Origin: Balanoglossus misakiensis
Lineage: Eukaryota; Animalia; Hemichordata
Assembly: GCA_040954595.2 (NCBI GenBank)
Contig: CM082588.2
Location: forward strand, 3,660,156 to 3,724,155
Direction: 5' to 3'
DNA: 64,000 bases
Position 1 is the first letter of the stretch. Each line of letters begins with the position of its first letter. The notes under the pieces are model-generated. The model was not told the DNA's origin, searched no databases, and saw only the letters and a program-made list of their open reading frames with translations. Position numbers and translations under genes: made by a program. Shown one piece after another: positions 13,801-26,082 of this stretch.

Positions 13801-16800
13801 CTCTAACTTAATTTTCCACTCAATACACCAGTGGTTTATCAATTTCCATTCTTTGCAGCAAAGTGTCAAGTCAGTGAAAGAAACATGACATCATGAAAAT
13901 AACAAGCCAAGTGACTTACTTGTGTTCCGTTTTGATAACACCAACTGGCGGTGGTGAATCGGAAGCCTTCACTGGTACTGGTTTCGGCGAATCAGATTCA
14001 CTCTCCGAGTCAGACCCGGACTTGCCTGGTGACTTGGACTTGGATCTGGACAAGTGAAAAGTGACGACCCGGTTACTATGCTGATGTGTACATTACATGG
14101 ATTGAAAGTCATGATGTAGAGCGATGCTTTTTCATGTTTGTAATAGAATTACCAGCACTTACTTTTCTTTTCCGTTGACTTCCTTGTCTTCCTTGCCCTC
14201 GCTGTCCCCTCCTTCTTCCCCTTCTTGGAGCTTCTTCAGACCTTCTTTAATCCTCTCCTGTTCCAGCTGAAATGACAACACATTTTTTTCTTACTGACAT
14301 ATGGCACAGACATTCCAGTTAGAGACTCAAAATAAGGACAAATACCAGGACTTGATTTTGAAGTGCTCAATGACATAATTCTAGTATAATATAATGACCA
14401 TTTCCCTAGGGCAATAGTCATTCTTTAGTCACATGACAGTCACATGACTCATCCTCACCAATCATGTTACCCTGCCACGACAACTCTCACTCACCTGTCT
14501 CTGTTTGATCTCCTCCTTCTTCTGCTCGAGGAAAGCTGCTGGGATGCCGGCGATGTGCTCCTGGGCACTCAGCAGCAGCTCCCACAGCTCGCCCATGAAA
14601 TCGCGCGCGTTGCGGCCGTTCAGAAACCCGGTCATGTTGATCTGCATGGTCTTGCCGTCGGGGCTCTGTCACGAGATACAAGGGGAAGAGCGCAGACTTA
14701 GTGCTGCGAGACACCCCGACTCGGTGGCAGTTGCTCGTGTCGTTTTCACAGAAGACAACTCCACACATGGGAGAAGGTAGACACTTTTCATGCAAAATAA
14801 TTAATCAGTAAAATCAAACACTGACTATATCGTAACACGAGCTGGTGTAACATTTGTAAAGTGAGAAACCACTAAACAACAACAAAATGTTCTACGATAT
14901 TCTCCACCCCTTCAGGTCTCTGCAACTATTGCTCAGTATCCCCCAGGTTCATAGGATAAATCTCAATGCTCCCTTCAGAAGCCAGGATCACTTTTTCCCC
15001 CAAAATACTTCACATTACCTCCAGTCAAACACCGCCCCGTCAAAGCGTAACAAAAACGGCACTGAACTTTACACTTGAGAGAAAGTAAAAAAAAGAGAGT
15101 GACAAAATCGCCTGCCTGTGACCATCGATGAAATACAGACCATTTATTAGTGTAGGTGGGTAGGAACGTACTGTTACTGCTCTGTACTCTAAGAACGTTT
15201 TTGATGTAGTACCATTAAACTTGAAGATGGTAACGGGCGGTACCGAGCTAGGCCAGCCGTGGGGACTGTATATGACCGAGCGCCAGCCACTTTAACGGGA
15301 CTCACCTTTAAGGCACGATAATATTTTAAGAATAATCTGAATCATGAGAGATGAAATAGTAGAAATCAGTGGATCGCACTAAGAATCCTATCAGGGGGAA
15401 ATATAATATATATACATATATCAACTGAAACATAAGCTAAGCATTTGCCTTTTCAACCACAATTTAGCAATTTTTAATATTTTTTTTTTCAAGACATTTT
15501 TTTCCATTTATGGGACAAAAAAATCAACACAGATTCAGATACGTCAAGGGGCTCAGAAAATAGCTGCATATGACACTACCATTGCATCAATATCCTCAAT
15601 AAGCTCTAAACATTCATGGACATTCATTCAGGGATTCTAATGAAGGCGGCTCTTCAAATATTCACAACATCTCACAGACATAAAACTTTTTTATTCAAAA
15701 CAACAAAAAAGCTGTTAATAAGGATGAGATGTGGTATATTCATTGCTGTGTGATGGTTGTATAAGGCAAAGCTTGGGCTGGACTAAATTATTACCTCAGT
15801 TTCAAGTTGGTTGAAAATAAATTCAGTGACAACATCATCCTCGAATCCAAGTATCTCGGTGATTTTTGTGGTAATCCATGGTTTTATTATGTCCAAGTTC
15901 ACTTTGCTCATGGAAACCTGTTGGAAAGAAAAGTAGTTTGACCAGTCATTAGAACTTATTGGAATTTGATAAAGATCTTGAATATGCTGTGCTATTACCA
16001 GGAATAAAGGATTGACCAATTTTAGTACAAGACAGTGATGTGTTGACTTTGTGGTGACCTAGTGGCAAATATTACCTTCTTTTCCAAGACATCTGGAAAC
16101 TTCATCTGCTTCAGTAACTTCTTCTGTTTGTTGGAAAACCGGTTGTCCTGTTCGGCACTGGTGCCCTGGAAGAAAACAATAAAATTGTGCTACAGTCTGA
16201 TAGCTTTTTTTTCGTTGCTAAAGTCAAGCACTATGGAATCCTGGGACTGGCATTTCTTGACCTGGTGACCTTTGACAGGAACATACTGGAATCAAGGACA
16301 AGAGGATTTTGCAGGATTTGTTGCGGGAAACTGCAAGACAAACTCGCAAGCTTTACACACAATGAGAAATTCCTTGCAGCATTTCAGATTTCATACCAAA
16401 TAACTAGTGACATAATGACAATAGGATAACTTATGTAGGAATAGTGATATGCTTTTGAGAATGACACTTTGATGCAATTTTTCAACTTTGGTGCGCAGTC
16501 CACGATCCATTACTAATCCTGCTGTAAGGAAAGAACCTATTTATACACCCTGCAATTCTTCCAACATTTCAGAGAAAATAACTACCCCTATTTTGGTCAT
16601 ATAAAACTTGCATACAGAACAGCATCTTGCACATGCATGATTCTGAAATTGCATTGTGGGTAATTCCAAGATGGCCGCTTTGGCTATAAGGGATACAGCA
16701 GCAAGCATGGAAACGCTTTTTGCATAAAAATGTCTGGCAATGTGAAATCTGTAATACACTCAGCAGTGTTTTAAATATCTTAACGACTCTGATCTAGCTA

Positions 16801-17943
16801 GAAAATAAAGACCAGTGGCTCTTGTGTCAGGTATGGTCTGTGTCTGCGAAGTTTATACATACTGCATAGTTAGACATTGTGCATGAAGTCCTATGGTGGT
16901 CACAGCAGAGGTAATGTACTTGATGTCAGCAACTTGGCGCACACACAGTCACTCCAGTGCAAAAATGCCGGTACTGAAATATAGCGGGGTTACTTTGCCC
17001 TCCGGGATCTGGCCAGTGTTTAGTTGTCCTGAGATGAAAAGTAGTAATCAAGCCGTAAATAGGAGTAACTGGTACAGGTATCTAGTTTTTTTTTTGTCAT
17101 TTGCACCAGTGCTCCAGCCAGTGCTTGTGAATAATGATAAAATTAAAAAATATTGAGAATTATAAATATCATTGACTGACTGAGCTGTGTGAGTGTACAA
17201 TTACCTCTGCATCTCACAATGTCTGGCACAACACAATTACCTAATGAGACAACTTGTTTGTGACCTCAACATGAGATGTATGTGTGTATGTTACTATAGT
17301 ATAACCAGCACTGCTGAGTTGTATACCTGAGTATTTACAGATTTCTTGCAACAACAAAAATAAATACAACCAACTTGTTCCATCATTCATCATTATCTGG
17401 GCAATAGTCATCTTGGATGTACCCATAAAAAGCAATTTCATTTGCACATTAGGCAAAACACAGCTATGGTTCTGCAGCTAGTTTTGCCTATGGCTCTGAT
17501 TTCAACTGCTGATGTATTGTAGCATTGGGCTACCGACTTTGAGCAAACGAAACAGCAACAACGTGGCTTAGCCCCATGGAAAATCAGATAAATGTAATTA
17601 TAAGGAAAAGCACTGGTTATCGCGATTGACAAATCGCGTCAACAATGAAATGTACAAGCGCGAAATGAAGCCCTGAAAGCGACAATGTAACCACAACGGG
17701 GCCCGAGCACGTTGTTCCCACGTTTCGAACTGGGGACGGGTCCGACAAGCACTGCCGGTTGGAAACGCAAATGCTTTCATTCTTACTTCACACTTTAGCG
17801 AAAGTCTGATATACAACTAATGCGTAAATATCGAAGACATTAAGTGCATGTATCTGCCCCTCACCCTCCCAAATCTGTGCGCATTTTCGAACAATATGTT
17901 GATTTGCGAATATACTTACGCGGAAGAATCCAGCGTCAGCCAT
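10810..17943 (-). CDS. SRRM1: Serine/arginine repetitive matrix protein 1 (SRm160), PWI domain + RS/SP region, 13 exons, about 870 aa
   Basis: Exons (-): 17943-17920, 16165-16076, 15917-15795, 14665-14495, 14266-14163, 14045-13920, 13721-13455, 13280-13167, 13002-12762, 12568-12300, 12143-11288, 11171-11070, 10935-10810 (2613 nt, in frame). MADAGFFRGTSAEQDNRFSNKQKKLLKQMKF start, PWI motif (KPWITTKITEILGFEDDVV..MQINMTGFLNGRNAR), RSPSP repeats, KKHKK tract, terminal DELEKTLREKALQSM. Confidence 0.96.
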
Positions 17944-18333
17944 TTTCTTCCTTCTTTATCCGGGTACTTTACTTATAGAGTTTAATCACAGCAGTTTGCC
18001 ACCGAGGGCGCTGTGATATATAGCAAAGAAAAAGTTTCAGCACTTAACATTTTAACATATAGGTTCTGCACTATATATATATACTCACACTTCCGTGTTA
18101 CTGTAGTATGTGTAGCTGAGCATATAGTGATCGCAGCACGAGAGACACGGGCAACTTAACAGTACGATTTGGCAGAGCTGTACAAAGACGGGAGGACTTG
18201 CACTAGACTGTATATATACAGGGTGGAGACCTCGTATACTATTGTACAGCAGTACTAGTACATGAACTGAAGTGTGGTATGCACGAAAAGTTTCAACGTA
18301 GGTGACCTCACACTGAACATATAGCGTATTGCA

Positions 18334-21300
18334 ATGGCTTCTCTCTCGGTTTTACTAGTATGGTTTGCAGTTCTACTAACATGTCATGCTGAACTATCAT
18401 CCCAAGATGACGATCCGACATCCTGGCCTGGTCATTTAGAACCCCTCGGTGCTGGGAAGAAGTGGCAAAACGTAGTGACTCTGGATTCCTTTCCTACCCC
18501 GGAGGACTTTTTCACTAAACACGTTCTACCGTCAGTGCCCGTGATGTTCAAAGGTGTCGCGAAAAACTTTCCTGCATTCAAACTGTGGACGGACGACTTT
18601 TTGTTAAGCCTTCCCGAAACCGCGACAGAACTTGTTGCCATAGAGATGGCAAAGAAAGAGGATCGCGACAATACTGGTTACCAGACGACATTTGAGGAGT
18701 TTTTGAAGACATACAATGAAAGTGATATTTATATGGTTGCCACAGCACCGCACTACTTAAGGTATAGGAAAACAGAAATGTCAACTTTGGTCTGTTATAA
18801 TATATGTCCAACATTGCGATGATAAACTCCGTGGTCAACATTTACGTGCAAGACGTCACGTAGTTTGTTGTCTAGGTACTTAAACCAGGGATGCCCCGCT
18901 ATAACATAGTTATTTCAGCTGAAGATTATAATGATCTGCAGAAAAAAATGGTTGCATGATTGCTTGGAAAGTAGGTGTGAAATGGTGCCGGTCACCATGA
19001 ATATCGACGTAACACCAGTAGCTCGTTTCAGAAACTGCAATCCACAGAGATCAGATTTCACTTTGAAACATACCAGCGAAAATTTCGATACAATGTCTCA
19101 TTGCAAATACCTTAATGGGCGTTGATTTGAATGAATTCTTAGACTATAAAAATAACAGTTGACCTTTTCAGTAATGCAGGACGGTGATCTAAAGTTTTCA
19201 CTGGAGACAATTTTTGCCTGTTCACAGTTGAATTTCGTTTTCTATTCCATTGTACAGTACATTGTTCTCCCTAACAAAAATTGAAGACCATACGTACTAA
19301 ACTGCATAACAATAGGTATGGTAGTTAACTTAATGACTACACTATTATACAGTGTACAAGTTGTACGAATGGAGCCATATTAAAATGATTTTTTTTCCTC
19401 AGAAAATTTATCCCTTTACCAGATTGTTTGAGGTGCGATGAAATCATCAAAGAATTAGTAGACACTGTGAGTAGAAAATTGTATCATTTCTTATTTAATA
19501 CCTGATTATTCTCCATTCTGTTGTGGAAGTTGAAAAATATTAATGTGAACATTGTAGTCTTTACTTGAGAGATTTCAACTAACCACAAACTATTTTTTTG
19601 CCACGAAGGTTGTGTGGTTCAGCAGTGGAGGCACCAAATCAGTTCTTCACAATGATGATGTGGACAACATCAATTGTCTGTACAGAGGAAGAAAAGAACT
19701 TCTCTTCATTGATTTTCTGAAATACAGGAAAACTGTAAGTGTTGAATTGTCAGGGGTAATAAAGTTGGCTGTGACCATAAAATTCTAAATTAAGGTTGAT
19801 GTAGGGTTGTCAATTTACGACCACGTCAAATAGATCTTGAAAATGGCCTAATTATAAAAAATAACTAGTTGATAATATATACATGAATATCATGTGTAGG
19901 CCATTTCTAGATTGAATCGATGCACCCTGACTATGCCAGTTCTGTGCACAGGCTCTGAAGAGACCATGACATGGGAGTACAAATATAAACATGCAAAAAT
20001 ACATGGTTTTACATTTGCAAGAGCATTTGGATGCCACATTTCACCCGTTGTAAGTGAATTTTTAATTTCTCTCTCCACAGATCAAACTAGATAACTACAA
20101 CAGGGGATTTTCCAGTGTTGATGTGGACAAAGTAGATTTCACAAAATACCCTGAGCTTTATAACGTCGACTACTATTTTGCAAATATGACGCCCGGCGAT
20201 TGTCTCTTCATACCATACAAATGGTAGGTTAAAAGAGGACTGAACAAAAGATGGTTATAAAGGTTTAGGATCCACTGCATGTATATTTAGTTGCTGCTGG
20301 AAACAAACATACAATGAAAACAACAATGGACCGATTTAGTACTGTTTTTTCTGATCGTTTGTTTAGTAAAGTCATCTGTTTCGAGGATAAAACCAACAAG
20401 GAAAAGTGTCCACAGCTGTACATGTATCATTCTGATTTTTCTAGGTTTCACCAGGTGAACTCGTTTAATGGCAACATTGCAGTCAACATTTGGTGGAACC
20501 ACAGCCCCAAACTGGTGCCGACAGAGGACAACTGTGGCAATCCACAACCTGAATCCATCGCCGATGTCACTTTCGAAGTGGACAAGAATGAAGACGTAAT
20601 GGCGAGATATGCAGGCCTTGAATTTGATGAATCAAGTATAGGGTAGAGACTCATTCCAATGTTTTGTCTCTCTGTTCCTCACACAGCGAACGCCACATTA
20701 TTCCATGCACGCAAGCACAAGTTCAATTACCTTCAATAATTTGTCCATCAAAAACTTGACATGTTGAAATTTGCGCCTGTTCGGTCATGTTTTAATCAGA
20801 GAATACAAAGTGGGAGTGTTTCCCTTCTCAGTCATCCCATGCCTAAATTCAGAAACAGAGTAATTCAGAAATTTTAAAAATAGTCTCTTTGGGTTTGTGT
20901 GATCAAACGGAAATGACCTGTTTCATGTGGCCTAGAGTAAAAATGGCTTTTAACATTTCAAACGGCCATTTCTTCAAGAGAGAAGAAAAAATTAAACCGC
21001 ATGTACATTTCCCCTGTTATCTGCATTACTTGCGTCCGCACTGTCATCTGTCTCATAGTTCTCGTGACTGGCCCTCTCCTAACCCAGAGGCCCCATTCCT
21101 AATGGTAATCACCAGTCAGTAATGGTCCATTTTTTTCTGCATGATTTATTAACCACATTATTAGTGATATTAACCTCATTTCTTATCTACATTAAAGATG
21201 CATTGTCTTTGAGTACAGTGAGATTTTAACATCTCTGACCTAATTACAACAGACAGTAGGTGTATATAGCTCTAGACTTGCTCACAAAGAAGATGCACAC

Positions 21301-23732
21301 ATCGGACCAGGCAGGGTGACAGCCAGTATCTAGTTTGACAGAATTAGTGTTTTGGTGTTCGTTCACCAGATGATGTTAAAACTTGCTGACATCTTCTTGA
21401 AAGCATACAAAAATAATGGAACAGTGTACACAAATATAGCAGGTTGTATTCCTGGACAGTCACTCACACGAAATCCCTGGTGGTACTTTTTTTGTACACA
21501 ACAGTGTGGTTCAATATGAAACCCTGAAATCGACAACATGTCTAGCTCTGTGATCGTCAAAAGTAAATGAAACCTATTGTGTGTTGCCTGTACAACCTTA
21601 AAGCAAATTGATCAGTGACTCGATCATCAGTAGAGATAACAGTCTTCCTGTAATGATGAAATTAATATTTAATGACATTTCCAGTGATCAGTTCTATATA
21701 GCACAGTAGCATACTTCATATTAGTAAGGCTTTAATTATCAGATAGGTGTCTGTCACTTCATCCCTAAGGAGAATATTCTCCATTCACCTGTGAACAAAT
21801 ATGTTCTAGTTTTTTTTATCAGCTCAGTAACATTTCTTTGGTAAGTGTACACTTTTGTAGTTTCCCAAGACCAGGACGGGGCTATTGAAAATATTGTTTG
21901 GATTATAAATTTTGACTTTCCATATGCTCATAATTTCGTGTAAATGACATACAAATGATATGCAAACATCATTATCCAGGCAAGCCTGTCGTTTCCAATA
22001 CAACTGATTTGTCAAACGTCAATTAAATGTATAATAATTGTCTCCGTGACAATAGCCCTAGAACACAAATAGACATGCAGAAACAGATTGGATGACAGTT
22101 GCCATGATAAATATTAGGAGGGAGAGTTTTTCTCTTTCTCATGCTCTGACTGATATTTTTTTTTACTTTTGGGTGCCTGTATATAGAAATTAATTTTGGG
22201 CTCCAAAGTAGGAATAAATTAAAGTTACTTTAAAAAAATGTCTACTACCGATGTTAATTTCTTTGTCGAATTAATTCAAATTTAGTACAAGTCTAATGCT
22301 GTTCATTATTCACTGATACTTTGTATTTTTATGTCACAGCTGGTTCATCATAGTGGTGTCTGCCCAAGCATGACTAAATTTCTAAATGTCCCAAAGTGAA
22401 CTATTTGTGTTTCCATGCATTTTATATCTACTACTAAGCTGTATGATATACTATAGTTTTATAACACAATGTTTCTGTTTCAAGGACTTATCTCCTATTG
22501 CAAATCCAGAGAACATGCAAATGGCATAATCACGAGACAATTCATTCATGTGTGTCTTATTTTGTTTGTTTTTTCAGAATGTTTTTTGGAGGGAGTATAG
22601 AAAAAGAAAACATTAATTTTGCAAAATTTCAGAAATGGTTACAAAAGGTAAGTGCACTGACTTACAAATAAAACCTGACTTGTCTTCCTTCTATTTTATA
22701 CGTAAAATTAATACTGACTACCGTTAGGGTTAATCCCATTCTGATAAAATGGAAGCACAGTGCCCCTGATGCTATTTTTGTAACCCTTTGACCTCTTGTG
22801 TTATTTACAGGGCTCAGATATGCTACCTCTGTTAGAATACTGGACGCCAGAATGCAGTCAGTTGGCAAGAGAGGTAATGTTAGGCAACTAAGGCACATTA
22901 CCATTTAGTTAGGTGTTCAACTGCTGTGTGACCCTGTAAGATAGTATGTACCTTAGTTGCTTTTTGTCCCCATGGACTTAGTCCCTGGGGACCTACAGAT
23001 CAGTTTCTGTCTGTTTGTTAATGCATTAAAGTTTTCATTAATCACCTTCGTGCCATGGTTACTAATTAGTCCCAAAAACACATAACGTCCTATGGGGATA
23101 ATGGATTTGGCTGATCAATAATTATTCTTTCATTTCCAAATCAGTTATTCGGCCTGCTCGATATGGACAAGGATGCCATGTTATCGAAAGAAGACCTACT
23201 GCAGGTTGTTGAGAAAGTAAAAGAAGTAAGTCATCTTTTTCTCCCCTGCTGTAGCTGTCACGTTGCTATTGTAATGATTTCTTTGGTGTATTTACCATCC
23301 CACAAGTTGACGTTGTATAGTTCTAAATTCTAGTATTCAGACAGCAAGTAATTTGACCATGTGATATTTATTTTTGAAACTGCAGCTTGAAATGGAAGGT
23401 GAAGAGAACGAGATCGAATTGATCATTGAAGAATTTGGCTCCATCATGGAGGAACAGCAAGCAGTAAGTCTATCAAGTCACAAATTCAATCTTAGATACT
23501 GTGTATTCTTGAAAAAGAATATAAAAAACAGCTCACCAGTTGGCCTTTTCGCGAGGAGTCATGATAGCAATGCAGCACTGACACATTGAGCAACACTCGC
23601 TGTAAGCTGCATTTAGAGAAAATGCTATTGTAATATTTTTATGTGTATTTTTCACTTCTGTAGGAAATGGCAGAACGGGCCCAGAAGAGACTACGGAACA
23701 AGGACGAAGACAAGAGGAAGGATGAGTTGTAA
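18334..23732 (+). CDS. JmjC/cupin-8 2-oxoglutarate Fe(II) oxygenase (JMJD7/JMJD5/TYW5-like) with signal peptide, EF-hand-like motif and C-terminal KDEL; paralogue A, about 439 aa
   Basis: Exons (+): 18334-18761, 19403-19466, 19609-19734, 20081-20223, 20445-20642, 22578-22647, 22811-22873, 23145-23225, 23386-23463, 23664-23732 (1320 nt). Signal MASLSVLLVWFAVLLTCHA; [21 protein letters not shown] (HxD); [15 protein letters not shown] (distal His); EF loop DMDKDAMLSKED; ends KRKDEL*. Confidence 0.88.
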
Positions 23733-23782
23733 GAAAAACAAAGGGATCCTAGTGTGTTTTCAAATCTTCACAAATCCTGCAA

Positions 23783-23955
23783 TACAGTGAAACCTGTCTA
23801 AAACTAATTTTTAAATAAACAACTTTAAACTGGATTCAAATCTATATTTCAAAGTTCTTTTTACATGGGATGGGATAGATTTATGCAAATTACTCCCACA
23901 GAAGAAACACATACTCAGTCCGCATTGTGACTGGCTTTAACACGTTTATACTGTA
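23783..23955. mobile_element. Degenerate Tc1/mariner-pogo-type MITE in the 3' UTR of JmjC paralogue A
   Basis: TA-CAGTGAAACCTGTCTAAA ... TTTAACACGTTTATACTG-TA: imperfect terminal inverted repeats flanked by TA. Confidence 0.35.
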
Positions 23956-25338
23956 TTTTTGATTCAAAAATTTCCAACATGTTGACAATTAAATGTTATG
24001 ATAACTTGTGAGTAATTTAAGAAAAACCACAGTGCCTATCCTTTACATAACTCTTGATTTGCTGATTGTTGTTTGGTGGTGGAAGTTGATTATGTAAACA
24101 GTTTATTGTGTAGAATTTGACAGCAGAATAAATATAACTTTCCATAATGAAAAAAATGGCAGCTGTATTGAGGCTCTAATCAACCTTCCAAGTAATGTTT
24201 CAGTAAAATTTGCACAAACTGACTTTAGTTATGTTGATCCATTTTGGCAGGTATTTTATGATATTTTCTTGGTCATGTACAATTTTGTTAATTTTAAATC
24301 CAGGAATAAGATAAATCTTACCAGGTAATATAGAAAATCTCACTATATAAACAACTCATATTTTACTGGATTTGGGTTTATAATACATACTGAATAAAAT
24401 CACGTATCACATGCATTATCAGCATTGTTATTTCCTACTTTTGACACAGCTGAATTTCCATGAAGAGAAATTGTTCAAAGTCCGGTTTGTATCCGGCAAC
24501 TCTAATACTACCAGTAGTACTGGTTAGTATTTTGTGCATTCACCACTTGGTGGCGCACTTCGCAAGCATTTGACGGGGAACGTATTCATTTTCACACATA
24601 ACACATAAATAAATAAGTATAGCGTAAAAGTGTAACAATTCTTAACCATTATAATCAAGCAAGCAAATATATCCCATTAAAATTTACATTTACATTTATC
24701 ATCCAATGAATGAAGCTTGAGGTAATTTTTACACAAGCTGTATATTGAATGAAGACCAAAGGATTCCCAAATTGGCATAACTGCCTATATGTACTTGTGA
24801 CTCCTCTGATCTGTACACGATGGATTTCAGAGGCGCACAAAATACACTTGCTCAATAAAATGTGTAAAGTTTCCACGGTAATAAAAGAGTAAAAGAAGGA
24901 AGCTTACATACTTGATGCAAGAAGCCTGTTCTTCAGCGCATGACACCCGAAGTCCGGCACCATTCCTCGCTGCCGCGTCAGATTTTGTCGACTTTTACAA
25001 ACGAGTTTTGAGCACAGTCGTGCGTGTAAACTGGATAATCACGCCCGCGTGACCCAGTTTAGGCCTACACGTGCACGACTGTGGTTTTGAGCACCTGCCG
25101 GGGAACCGGGGACACCTGTTGGCAGGGATTCCTTGTACAATATTTACATGTAGTCCAACTTTAAACCGAACATATGCACCCCTTCACAAAGACTACGTCA
25201 AATGATTTGCTCTTGCGGCAAACACGGTCACTCCACAATTCGGAGTGACTGTGATTAAAACATGAAGTATTAAAAGTACGCTCGTTAAAACACACAGAGC
25301 AAAATGCTCAGACTCAGATAGTCGCCAGATTCAGGAGG

Positions 25339-26001
25339 CTACAGTTCTTCTCTGACGGCGTTGGAGGCGTCATCATCAACCATCTCATCTTCGATGATGT
25401 CGTACACATCATCTTCTTTCTCCCCAACGTCCATCATCATTTTCATGTCCTGTTCTTTGAGAAAATCTTCGAACTCCGTGAACACGTTTTGAATGTTCTC
25501 CCATTTCTGAAAAAAAAAAAATATCAATGGCAGGCTCAGGTCTCTGTTGCAATGTGTCTTCTTATAAGACGACATCTCGCATGTGATGGTATATGTACCT
25601 ACCTCATCTAAGAGGGAATCCGCTTCTTCGGCAAACACAACGCCATCTCTGTTTTCGTCAATAAGGTTAAATAGCTGAAACAGACGCCAGAAATACCCGA
25701 GAATTACTTATATTATTTTTTTATGTCTGAGTTTTTCTCCCCATAAGCATATGGGAATTTTGTTCTATGTGTTATAAAACTTAACTATCTTCATGTTGGG
25801 TACCTTAGAAAATATTTCGCGAATCCCCTCTTCACACGAATAGACTTTTGCGTGCTCTCTGCCGAATACGTTGTAAAATCCCTCTTCGGTGGATACTCCC
25901 CGGTACTTGATCAGATCTGTGATAACTTCTCTGGAGGAAGAAAAACATGCACAATGTGATTGAAAAAGGATAAGGGACGTGGAAGTAACAAATACATCAT
26001 T

Positions 26002-26082
<81 letters not shown>

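Noticed and set aside
10936-17919. Intronic C/D box snoRNAs in SRRM1 and hnRNP introns
   Set aside because: No properly spaced sense-strand RUGAUGA...CUGA pair with a terminal stem found by eye; a covariance search could still find some.
24543-24558. CTCF-like motif CCACTTGGTGGCGC between the convergent JmjC genes (similar partial matches near 18000, 44975, 56705)
   Set aside because: Imperfect short matches are expected by chance; ChIP data would be needed.
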